Assembly (NCBI GenBank): GCA_032718475.1
Contig: JAUCBJ010008230.1
Span: 1 to 64,000 of the forward strand
Direction: 5' to 3'
Length of the DNA stretch: 64,000 nt
DNA from: Nemertoderma westbladi
Taxonomy: Eukaryota; Animalia; Xenacoelomorpha
A program made the position numbers and the translations under genes. Shown piece after piece: positions 9,199 to 21,900 of this stretch; positions within the stretch are counted from its first letter, which is position 1; each line of letters begins with the position of its first letter. Under the pieces are notes generated by a model, which searched no databases, was not told the origin of the DNA, and saw only the letters and a list, made by a program, of their open reading frames with translations.

Positions 9199-12100
9199 AA
9201 ATAAAATTTTGAAAATCCACGGCATTTAGGGAATATAATTCTATAAAATGTCCTCTGATTTTTTTCAAAAACCACATCGATTTTCATATTTATAACTTCT
9301 AACCCAATCCACGAGATAGAGAATCTTAAACGAAAGTCATAAGAACAGGTAACACTTTCATTTATAGAAGTAATCAGCTGTTATTTTCTTCGTCTTTCCA
9401 CAGGAGATGGATGAAATTTGATTGCGTCGGAACACCCCCTTTTTGAGGCTCTCAGAGTGAAGAGATAAGTAGCCTATCTCCCTGTTAATATTGTTGTGTT
9501 CTAGAATAATTATTATAGTTTCATCGTATTGCCAAAGCGGCTGGAGCCGAAGTTAATATGTGATACAATAATTCACCTCAAATTTCTCAGCTATTTCATG
9601 GATATAATGAGTATTAAAGCCATGTCAAAATCCTTGGGGTTTTTCAGCAATAATTTATCAAAATATCCTCTGATTTTTTTCAAAAACCACATCGATTTTC
9701 ATATTTATAACTTCTAGCCCAATCCAGGAGATAGAGAATCTTAAACGAAAGTCATAAGAACAGGTAACACTTTCATTTAAAGAAGTAATCAGCTGTTATT
9801 TGCTTCGTCTTTCCTCAGGAGATGGATGAAATTTGATTGCGTAGGAACACCCCCTTTTTGAGGCTCTCAGAGTGAAGAGATAAGTAGCCTATCTCCCTGT
9901 TAATATTCTTGTGTTCTAGAATAATTATTATAGTTTCATCGTATTGCCAAAGCGGCTGGAGCCGAAGTTAATATGGAATGCAATAATTCACATCAAATAT
10001 CTCTGGTAGTTCATGAATATAATAGTATTAAATCCTTGTCAAAATCCTAGGTGTTTTTCAGCAATAATTTATTAAAATCTCCTCTGATTTTTTACAAAAA
10101 ACGACATCGATTTTCATATTCATGACTTCTAACCCACTCCAAGAGATAGACAATCTTAAATGAAAGTCAAAAGAGCAGGTAACCCTTACATTTATAGAAG
10201 TAATCAGCTGTTTTTGCTTCGTCTTTCCCCTTAAGATGGATAAATTTTGATTGCGTCGGAACACCCCCTTTTTGAGGCTCTCAGAGTGAAGAGATAAGTA
10301 GCCTATCTCCCTGTTAATATTGTTGTGTTCTAGAATAATTATTATAGTTTTATCGTATTGCCAAAGCGGCTGGAGCCGAAGTTAATATGTGATACAATAA
10401 TTCACCTCAAATTTCTCAGCTATTTCATGGATATAATGAGTATTAAAGCCATGTCAAAATCCTTGGGGTTTTTCAGCAATAATTTATCCAAATATCCTCT
10501 GATTTTTTTCAAAAACCACATCGATTTTCATATTTATAACTTCTAACCCAATCCACGAGATAGAGAATCTTAAACGAAAGTCATAAGAGCAGGTAACACT
10601 TTCATTTATAGAAGTAATCATCTGTTATTTGCTTCGTCTTTCCACAGGAGATGGATGAAATTTGATTGCGTCGGAACGCCCCCTTTTTGAGGCTCTCAGA
10701 GTGAAGAGATAAGTAGCCTATCTCCCTGTTAATATTGTTGTGTTCTAGAATAATTATCATAGTTTCATCGTATTGCCAAAGCGGCTGGAGCCGAAGTTAA
10801 TATGTGATACAATAATTCACCTCAAATTTCTCAGCTATTTCATGGATATAATGAGTATTAAAGCCATGTCAAAATCCTTGGGGTTTTTCAGCAATAATTT
10901 ATCAAAATATCCTCTGATTTTTTTCAAAAACCACATCGATTTTCATATTTATAACTTCTAACCCAATTCACGAGATAGAGAATCTTAAACGAAAGTCATA
11001 AGAACAGGTAACACTTTCATTTATAGAAGTAATCAGCTGTTATTTGCTTCGTCTTTCCACAGGAGATGGATGAAATTTGATTGCGTCGGAACACCCCCTT
11101 TTTGAGGCTCTCAGATTGAAGAGATAAGTAGCCTATCTCCCTGTTAATATTGTTGTGTTCTAGAATAATTATTATAGTTTCATCGTATTGCCAAAGCGGC
11201 TGGAGCCGAAGTTAATATGTGATACAATAATTCACCTCAAATTTCTCAGCTATTTCATGGATATAATGAGTATTAAAGCCATGTCAAAATCCTTGGGGTT
11301 TTTCAGCAATAATTTATCAAAATATCCTCTGATTTTTTTCAAAAACCACATCGATTTTCATATTTATAACTTCTAACCCAATCCACGAGATAGAGAATCT
11401 TAAACGAAAGTCATAAGAGCAGGTAACACTTTCATTTATAGAAGTAATCATTTGTTATTTGCTTCGTCTTTCCACAGGAGATGGATGAAATTTGATTGCG
11501 TCGGAACGCCCCCTTTTTGAGGCTCTCAGAGTGAAGAGATAAGTAGCCTATCTCCCTGTTAATATTGTTGTGTTCTAGAATAATTATCATAGTTTCATCG
11601 TATTGCCAAAGCGGCTGGAGCCGATGTTAATATGTGATACAATAATTCACCTCAAATTTCTCAGCTATTTCATGGATATAATGAGTATTAAAGCCATGTC
11701 AAAATCCTTGGGGTTTTTCAGCAATAATTTATCAAAATATCCTCTGATTTTTTTCAAAAACCACATCGATTTTCATATTTATAACTTCTAACCCAATCCA
11801 CGAGATAGAGAATCTTAAACGAAAGTCATAAGAACGGGTAACACTTTCATTTATAGAAGTAATCAGCTGTTATTTGCTTCGTCTTTCCACAGGAGATGGA
11901 TGAAATTTGATTGCGTCGGAACACCTCCTTTTTGAGGCTCTCAGAGTGAAGAGATAAGTAGCCTATCTCCCTGTTAATATTCTTGTGTTCTAGAATAATT
12001 ATTATAGTTTCATCGTATTGCCAAAGCGGCTGGAGCCGAAGTTAATATGTGATACAATAATTCACCTCAAATATCTCAGCTAGTTCATGAATATAATGAG

Positions 12101-14906
12101 TATTAAATCCTTGTCAAAATCCTTGGTGTTTTTCAGCAAAAATTTATTAAAATCTCCTCTGATTTTTTACAAAAAACGACCTCGATTTTCATATTCATGA
12201 CTTCTAACCCACTCCAAGAGATAGACAATCTTAAATGAAAGTCAAAAGAGCAGGTAACACTTACATTTATAGAAGTAATCAGCTGTTCTTTGCTTCGTCT
12301 TTCCCCTGGAGATGGATGTTATTTTATTGCGTCGAAACACCCCCTTTTTGAGGCTCTCAGATTGAAGAGATAAGTAGCCTATCTCCCTGTTAATATTGTT
12401 GTGTTCTAGAATATTTATTATAGTTTCATCGTATTGCCAAAGCGGCTGGAGCCGAAGTTAATATGTAATGCAATAATTCACCTCAAATATCTCAGCTATT
12501 TCATGAATATAATAGTATTAAATCCTTGTCAAAATCCTTGGTGTTTTTCAGCAATAATTTATTAAAATCTCCTCTGATTTTTTACAAAAAACGACGTCGA
12601 TTTTCATATTCATGACTTCTAACCCACTCCAAGAGATAGACAATCTTAAATGAAAGTCAAAAGAGCAGGTAACCCTTACATTTATAGAAGTAATCAGCTG
12701 TTATTTGCTTCGTCTTTCCACAGGAGATGGATGAAATTTGATTGCGTCGGAACACCCCCTTTTTGAGGCTCTCAGATTGAAGAGATAAGTAGCCTATCTC
12801 CCTGTTAATATTGTTGTGTTCTAGAATAATTATTATAGTTTCATCGTATTGCCAAAGCGGCTGGAGCCGAAGTTAATATGTGATACAATAATTCACCTCA
12901 AATTTCTCAGCTATTTCATGGATATAATGAGTATTAAAGCCATGTCAAAATCCTTGGGGTTTTTCAGCAATAATTTATCAAAATATCCTCTGATTTTTTT
13001 CAAAAACCACATCGATTTTCATATTTATAACTTCTAACCCAATCCACGAGATAGAGAATCTTAAACGAAAGTCATAAGAGCAGGTAACACTTTAATTTAT
13101 AGAAGTAATCATTTGTTATTTGCTTCGTCTTTCCACAGGAGATGGATGAAATTTGATTGCGTCGGAACGCCCCCTTTTTGAGGCTCTCAGAGTGAAGAGA
13201 TAAGTAGCCTATCTCCCTGTTAATATTGTTGTGTTCTAGAATAATTATCATAGTTTCATCGTATTGCCAAAGCGGCTGGAGCCGATGTTAATATGTGATA
13301 CAATAATTCACCTCAAATTTCTCAGCTATTTCATGGATATAATGAGTATTAAAGCCATGTCAAAATCCTTGGGGTTTTTCAGCAATAATTTATCAAAATA
13401 TCCTCTGATTTTTTTCAAAAACCACATCGATTTTCATATTTATAACTTCTAACCCAATCCACGAGATAGAGAATCTTAAACGAAAGTCATAAGAACGGGT
13501 AACACTTTCATTTATAGAAGTAATCAGCTGTTATTTGCTTCGTCTTTCCACAGGAGATGGATGAAATTTGATTGCGTCGGAACACCTCCTTTTTGAGGCT
13601 CTCAGAGTGAAGAGATAAGTAGCCTATCTCCCTGTTAATATTCTTGTGTTCTAGAATAATTATTATAGTTTCATCGTATTGCCAAAGCGGCTGGAGCCGA
13701 AGTTAATATGTGATACAATAATTCACCTCAAATATCTCAGCTAGTTCATGAATATAATGAGTATTAAATCCTTGTCAAAATCCTTGGTGTTTTTCAGCAA
13801 AAATTTATTAAAATCTCCTCTGATTTTTTACAAAAAACGACCTCGATTTTCATATTCATGACTTCTAACCCACTCCAAGAGATAGACAATCTTAAATGAA
13901 AGTCAAAAGAGCAGGTAACACTTACATTTATAGAAGTAATCAGCTGTTCTTTGCTTCGTCTTTCCCCTGGAGATGGATGTTATTTTATTGCGTCGAAACA
14001 CCCCCTTTTTGAGGCTCTCAGATTGAAGAGATAAGTAGCCTATCTCCCTGTTAATATTGTTGTGTTCTAGAATATTTATTATAGTTTCATCGTATTGCCA
14101 AAGCGGCTGGAGCCGAAGTTAATATGTAATGCAATAATTCACCTCAAATATCTCAGCTATTTCATGAATATAATAGTATTAAATCCTTGTCAAAATCCTT
14201 GGTGTTTTTCAGCAATAATTTATTAAAATCTCCTCTGATTTTTTACAAAAAACGACGTCGATTTTCATATTCATGACTTCTAACCCACTCCAAGAGATAG
14301 ACAATCTTAAATGAAAGTCAAAAGAGCAGGTAACCCTTACATTTATAGAAGTAATCAGCTGTTCTTTGCTTCGTCTTTCCCCTGGAGATGGATGAATTTT
14401 GATTGCGTCGGAACACCACCTTTTTGAGGCTCTCAGAGTGAAGAGATAAGTAGCCTATCTCCCTGCTAATATTGTTGTGTTCTGGAATAATTATTATAGT
14501 TTCATCGTATTGCCAAAGCGGCTGGAGCCGAAGTTAATATGTGATACAATAATTCACCTCAAATTTCTCAGCTATTTCATGGATATAATGAGTATTAAAG
14601 CCATGTAAAAATCCTTGGGGTTTTTCAGCGATAATTTATCAAAATATCCTCTGATTTTTTTCAAAAACCACATCGATTTTCATATTTATAACTTCTAACC
14701 CAATCCACGAGATAGAGAATCTTAAACGAAAGTCATAAGAACAGGTAACACTTTCATTTATAGAAGTAATCATCTGTTATTTGCTTCGTCTTTCCACAGG
14801 AGATGGATGAAATTTGATTGCGTCGGAACACCCCCTTTTTGAGGCTCTCAGAGTGAAGAGATAAGTAGCCTATCTCCCTGTTAATATTGTTGTGTTCTAG
14901 AATAAT

Positions 14907-15983
14907 AATAATTATTATTATTATTATTATTATTTAATTCATCGGGCCAAGGCCCATTGTACCTACACGACACCTATTTATTAGCACACATAATAATATT
15001 AAGTAAGTAGTTCATTCACGTTTACATTAAATCAATACAAAGGAGAAACATTTAACGGGGAATTACCAATCAAATATTGCAATATTAAACAGCACCAAGA
15101 ACAATGTTCCAACGACAATGTAATAAAGAATTAGTGATTGAGCTACAGGCATGATTGAGTTCTCAGAGTTAGCAGTACGGCTAAGTAAGGAGAAAATATT
15201 AATTCTAAGAACAGCACGAAAGTAATTCACTCTTTACAATGACAATAGTTTATATAAAAGATAGACTAAGAACAAAACACAAAAATAATGTAGTTTAAGT
15301 AGAATAAAAATTCAATAATTTTTACAACGAAAAAATATTCAAAAGATTTTACAGCGGAAAAAAATTCAAAAAATTTTACATAAAACACAAAATCAGAAAA
15401 TTAGGTTACCCCAAGCACCACTAACCACCTCTTACGCAACACCGAGAGAGGAGAAACGTTAGCAATTACACGAATAATGATGTTTTGTGAAACATCAATA
15501 CGTCGTAGCAAAGAAAAAATATTACTTCTCTGCATAGCCCTAATAGTATTGATCCTATTATTTACAAAAATTTCACTAGCGTCCTCAGTTCTAGAATATT
15601 TGAAAAGTGATCTAAAAGCAGTATTATAAGGTACCTTAACCTTGCGCAAATTCTCAACACGAAATATAGACCAGAGTGAGCAACAGTACATGCTGTAACA
15701 GTAGGATCTAAATAAGGTTAACTTTACATCATATGAACAATTCGAAAATAATCTAGCAATCTGGTTACCCCTACAATACATTGAGCACATTAAACGTTTC
15801 ATATCTGATTCATCGCTTAGATCGCAAGTAATTGTATGCCCAAGGTAATTAACCTCCTTAACACAATGTAATGGTTTACCACAAAGATATGCATCACCAG
15901 CACGGTTAATTCTATAAGGAAGAAAATACATACAGTGAGATTTAAGCGGGTTAAATTCAATATCAAATTCCACCCCAAACTTA
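14907..15983 (-). mobile_element. 5'-truncated non-LTR retrotransposon (RTE-X-like), copy 1, with 3' UTR and (TAA)n tail
   Basis: RT C-terminal ORF fragment, ~470-bp T-rich 3' UTR, (TAT)7 on plus strand at 14913-14933; satellite resumes at ATTATAG (15984). Confidence 0.9.
15401..15973 (-). pseudogene. C-terminal fragment of LINE ORF2 (RT thumb and downstream region)
   Basis: FNPLKS, YLGH, VKLTLFRSYC, LW...KVKV(A/P)YN, ASEIFV motifs typical of RTE-X clade C-termini. No catalytic YADD because of 5' truncation. Confidence 0.85.
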
Positions 15984-18900
15984 ATTATAGTTTCATCGTA
16001 TTGCCAAAGCGGCTGGAGCCAAAGTTAATATGTGATACAATAATTCACCTCAAATTTCTCAGCTATTTCATGGATATAATGAGTATTAAAGCCATGTCAA
16101 AATCCTTGGGGTTTTTCAGCAATAATTTATCAAAATATCCTCTGATTTTTTTCAAAAACCACATCGATTTTCATATTTATAACTTCTAACCCAATCCACG
16201 AGATAGAGAATCTTAAACGAAAGTCATAAGAACAGGTAACACTTTCATTTATAGAAGTAATCAGCTGTTATTTGCTTCGTCTTTCCACAGGAGATGGATG
16301 AAATTTGATTGCGTCGGAACACCCCCTTTTTGAGGCTCTCAGAGTGAAGAGATAAGTAGCCTATCTCCCTGTTAATATTCTTGTGTTCTAGAATAATTAT
16401 TATAGTTTCATCGTATTGCCAAAGCGGCTGGAGCCGAAGTTAATATGTGATACAATAATTCACCTCAAATTTCTCAGCTATTTCATGGATATAATGAGTA
16501 TTAAAGCCATGTCAAAATCCTTGGGGTTTTTCAGCAATAATTTATCAAAATATCCTCTGATTTTTTTCAAAAACCACATCGATTTTCATATTTATAACTT
16601 CTAACCCAATCCACGAGATAGAGAATCTTAAACGAAATTCATAAGAACAGGTAACACTTTCATTTATAGAAGTAATCAGCTGTTATTTGCTTCGTCTTTC
16701 CACAGGAGATGGATGAAATTTGATTGCGTCGGAACACCCCCTTTTTGAGGCTCTCAGAGTGAAGAGATAAGTAGCCTATCTCCCTGTTAATATTCTTGTG
16801 TTCTAGAATATTTATTATTGTTTCATCGTATTGCTAAAGTGGCTGGATCTAAAGTTATTATGTAATGCAATAATTCACCTCAAATATCTCAGCTATTTTA
16901 TGAACATAATGAAGTATTAAAGCCATGTCAAAATCACTGGTGTTTTTCTGCAATAATTTATCAAAATATCCTCTGATTTTTTTCAAAAACCATATCGATT
17001 TTCATATTTATAACTTCTATCCCACTCCACGAGATAGAGAATCTTAAATGAACGTCAAAAGAACAGGTAACACTTTCATTTATAGAAGTAATCAGCTGTT
17101 ATTTGCTTCGTCTTTCCACAGGAGATGGATGAAATTTGATTGCGTCGGAACACCCCCTTTTTGAGGCTCTCAGATTGAAGAGATAAGTAGCCTATCTCCC
17201 TGTTAATATTGTTGTGTTCTAGAATATTTATTATAGTTTCATCGTATTGCCAAAGCGGCTGGAGCCGAAGTTAATATGTAATGCAATAATTCACCTCAAA
17301 TATCTCAGCTAGTTCATGAATATAATAGTATTAAATCCTTGTCAAAATCCTTGGTGTTTTTCAGCAATAATTTATTAAAATCTCCTCTGATTTTTTACAA
17401 AAAACGACCTCGATTTTCATATTCATGACTTCTAACCCAATCCAAGAGATAGACAATCTTAAATGAAAGTCAAAAGAGCAGGTAACACTTACATTTATAG
17501 AAGTAATCAGCTGTTCTTTGCTTCGTCTTTCCCCTGGAGATGGATGTTATTTTATTGCGTCGGAACACCCCCTTTTTGAGGCTCTCAGATTGAAGAGATA
17601 AGTAGCCTATCTCCCTGTTAATATTGTTGTGTTCTAAAATATTTATTATAGTTTCATCGTATTTCCAAAGCGGCTGGAGCCGAAGTTAATATGTAATGCA
17701 ATAATTCACCACAAATATCTCAGCTAGTTCATGAATATAATAGTATTAAATCCTTGTCAAAATCCTTGGTGTTTTTCAGCAATAATTTATTAAAATCTCC
17801 TCTGATTTTTTACAAAAAACGACGTCGATTTTCATATTCATGACTTCTAACCCACTCCAAGAGATAGACAATCTTAAATGAAAGTCAAAAGAGCAGGTAA
17901 CCCTTACATTTATAGAAGTAATCAGCTGTTCTTTGCTTCGTCTTTCCCCTTGAGATGGATAAATTTTGATTGCGTCGGAACACCCCCTTTTTGAGGCTCT
18001 CAGAGTGAAGAGATAAGTAGCCTATCTCCCTGTTAATATTGTTGTGTTCTAGAATAATTATTATAGTTTCATCGTATTGCCAAAGCGGCTGGAGCCGAAG
18101 TTAATATGTGATACAATAATTCACCTCAAATTTCTCAGCTATTTCATGGATATAATGAGTATTAAAGCCATGTCAAAATCCTTGGGGTTTTTCAGCAATA
18201 ATTTATCAAAATATCCTCTGATTTTTTTCAAAAACCACATCGATTTTCATATTTATAACTTCTAACCCAATCCACGAGATAGAGAATCTTAAACGAAAGT
18301 CATAAGAGCAGGTAACACTTTCATTTATAGAAGTAATCATCTGTTATTTGCTTCGTCTTTCCACAGGAGATGGATGAAATTTGATTGCGTCGGAACGCCC
18401 CCTTTTTGAGGCTCTCAGAGTGAAGAGATAAGTAGCCTATCTCCCTGTTAATATTGTTGTGTTCTAGAATAATTATCATAGTTTCATCGTATTGCCAAAG
18501 CGGCTGGAGCCGAAGTTAATACGTGATACAATAATTCACCTCAAATTTCTCAGCTATTTCATGGATATAATGAGTATTAAAGCCATGTCAAAATCCTTGG
18601 GGTTTTTCAGCAATAATTTATCAAAATATCCTCTGATTTTTTTCAAAAACCACATCGATTTTCATATTTATAACTTCTAACCCAATCCACGAGATAGAGA
18701 ATCTTAAACGAAAGTCATAAGAACGGGTAACACTTTCATTTATAGAAGTAATCAGCTGTTATTTGCTTCGTCTTTCCACAGGAGATGGATGAAATTTGAT
18801 TGCGTCGGAACACCCCCTTTTTGAGGCTCTCAGAGTGAAGAGATAAGTAGCCTATCTCCCTGTTAATATTCTTGTGTTCTAGAATAATTATTATAGTTTC

Positions 18901-21900
18901 ATCGTATTGCCAAAGCGGCTGGAGCCGAAGTTAATATGTGATACAATAATTCACCTCAAATATCTCAGCTAGTTCATGAATATAATGAGTATTAAATCCT
19001 TGTCAAAATCCTTGGTGTTTTTCAGCAAAAATTTATTAAAATCTCCTCTGATTTTTTACAAAAAACGACCTCGATTTTCATATTCATGACTTCTAACCCA
19101 CTCCAAGAGATAGACAATCTTAAATGAAAGTCAAAAGAGCAGGTAACACTTACATTTATAGAAGTAATCAGCTGTTCTTTGCTTCGTCTTTCCCCTGGAG
19201 ATGGATGTTATTTTATTGCGTCGAAACACCCCCTTTTTGAGGTTCTCAGATTGAAGAGATAAGTAGCCTATCTCCCTGTTAATATTGTTGTGTTCTAGAA
19301 TATTTATTATAGTTTCATCGTATTGCCAAAGCGGCTGGAGCCGAAGTTAATATGTGATACAATAATTCACCTCAAATTTCTCAGCTATTTCATGGATATA
19401 ATGAGTATTAAAGCCATGTCAAAATCCTTGGGGTTTTTCAGCGATAATTTATCAAAATATCCTCTGATTTTTTTCAAAAACCACATCGATTTTCATATTT
19501 ATAACTTCTAACCCAATCCACGAGATAGAGAATCTTAAACGAAAGTCATAAGAACAGGTAACACTTTCATTTATAGAAGTAATCATCTGTTATTTGCTTC
19601 GTCTTTCCACAGGAGATGGATGAAATTTGATTGCGTCGGAACACCCCCTTTTTGAGGCTCTCAGAGTGAAGAGATAAGTAGCCTATCTCCCTGTTAATAT
19701 TGTTGTGTTCTAGAATAATTATTATAGTTTCATCGTATTGCCAAAGCGGCTGGAGCCAAAGTTAATATGTGATACAATAATTCACCTCAAATTTCTCAGC
19801 TATTTCATGGATATAATGAGTATTAAAGCCATGTCAAAATCCTTGGGGTTTTTCAGCAATAATTTATCAAAATATCCTCTGATTTTTTTCAAAAACCACA
19901 TCGATTTTCATATTTATAACTTCTAACCCAATCCACGAGATAGAGAATCTTAAACGAAAGTCATAAGAACAGGTAACACTTTCATTTATAGAAGTATTCA
20001 GCTGTTCTTTGCTTCGTCTTTCCCCTGGAGATGGATGAATTTTGATTGCGTCGGAACACCCCCATTTTGAGGCTCTCAGAGTGAAGAGATAAGTAGCCTA
20101 TCTCCCTGTAAATATAGTTGTGTTCTAGAATAATTATTATAGTTTCATCGTATTGCCAAAGCGGCTGGAGCCGAAGTTAATATGTGATACAATAATTCAC
20201 CTCAAATTTCTCAGCTATTTCATGGATATAATGAGTATTAAAGCCATGTCAAAATCCTTGGGGTTTTTCAGCAATAATTTAACAAAATATCCTCTGATTT
20301 TTTTCAAAAACCACATCGATTTTCATATTTATAACTTCTAACCCAATCCACGAGATAGAGAATCTTAAACGAAAGTCATAAGAACAGGTAACACTTTCAT
20401 TTATAGAAGTAATCAGCTGTTATTTGCTTCGTCTTTCCACAGGAGATGGATGAAATTTGATTGCGTCGGAACACCCCCTTTTTGAGGCTCTCAGAGTGAA
20501 GAGATAAGTAGTCTATCTTCCTGTTAATATTGTTGTGTTCTAGAATAATTATTATAGTTTCATCGTATTGCCAAAGCGGCTGGAGCCGAAGTTAATATGT
20601 GATACAATAATTCACCTCAAATTTCTCAGCTATTTCATGAATGTATTGAGTATTAAAGCCATGTCAAAATCCTTGGGGTTTTTCAGCAATAATTTATCAA
20701 AATATCCTCTGATTTTTTTTCAAAAACCACATAGATTTTCATATTTATAACTTCTAACCCACTCCACGAGATAGAGAATCTTAAACGAAAGTCATAAGAA
20801 CAGGTAACACTTTCATTTAGAAGTAATCAGCTGTTCTTTGCTTCGTCTTTCCCCTGGAGATGGATGAATTTTGATTGCGTCGGAACACCCCCTTTTTGAG
20901 GCTCTCAGAGTGAAGAGATAAGTAGCCTATCTCCCTGTTAATATTATTGTGTTCTAGAATATTTATTATAGTTTCATCGTATTGCCAAAGCGGCTGGAGC
21001 CGAAGTTAATATGTGATACAATAATTCACCTCAAATTTCTCAGCTATTTCATGAATATAATGAGTATTAAAGCCATGTCAAAATCCTTGGGGTTTTTCAG
21101 CAATTATTTATCAAAGTATCCTCACTTTTTTTACAAAAAACGACACCGATTTTCATATTCATGACTTCTAACCCACTCCAAGAGATAGACAATCTTAAAT
21201 GAAAGTCAAAAGAGCAGGTAACACTTACATTTATAGAAGTAATCAGCTGTTCTTTGCTTCGTCTTTCCCCTGGAGATGGGGGAATTTGATTGCGTCGGAA
21301 CACCCCCTTTTTGAGGCTCTCAGAGTGAAGAGATAATTAGCCTATCTCCCTGTTAATATTGTTGTGTTCTAGAATATTTATTATAGTTTCATCGTATTGC
21401 CAAAGCGGCTGGAGCCGAAGTTAATATGTAATGCAATAATTCACCTCAAATTTCTCAGCTAATTCATGAATATAATGAGTATTAAATCCTTGTCAAAATC
21501 CTTGGTGTTTTTCAGCAATAATTTATTAAAATCTCCTCTGATTTTTTTCAAAAACCACATCGATTTTCATATTTATAACTTCTAACCCAATCCACGAGAT
21601 AGAGAATCTTAAACGAAATTCATAAGAACAGGTAACACTTTCATTTATAGAAGTAATCAGCTGTTATATGCTTCGTCTTTCCACAGGAGATGGATGAAAT
21701 TTGATTGCGTCGGAACACCCCCTTTTTGAGGCTCTCAGAGTGAAGAGATAAGTAGCCTATCTCCCTGTTAATATTCTTGTGTTCTAGAATAATTATTATA
21801 GTTTCATCGTATTGCCAAAGCGGCTGGAGCCGAAGTTAATATGTGATACAATAATTCACCTCAAATTTCTCAGCTATTTCATGGATATAATGAGTATTAA

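Larger units (their letters stand above)
1..9245 (-). mobile_element. BEL/Pao LTR retrotransposon (left element), 3' part beyond window start; 5' boundary uncertain (9198 or ~9245)
   Basis: Minus-strand gag-pol collinear with the right element (three Cys/His knuckles, LDSAS protease, FYVDD RT, FSDAS RNase H). The leader shares short motifs in the same order with the right element (CTACGGT, AGTCAGC, CGTAGACTG, GTACCGGTA). Confidence 0.9.

Noticed and set aside
8760-9287. Stack of minus-strand ORFs rich in Val/Gly/Trp/Cys
   Set aside because: Explained by A depletion (few stop codons possible) in the G/T-rich tract, not by coding potential.
9457-9485. Hammerhead ribozyme in the satellite (GTGAAGA followed by a hairpin)
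   Set aside because: No CUGANGA core with a downstream GAAA in the right geometry on either strand.
9802-9820. CENP-B box at CTTCGTCTTTCC...
   Set aside because: Only TTCG matches; the required A and CGGG positions are absent.
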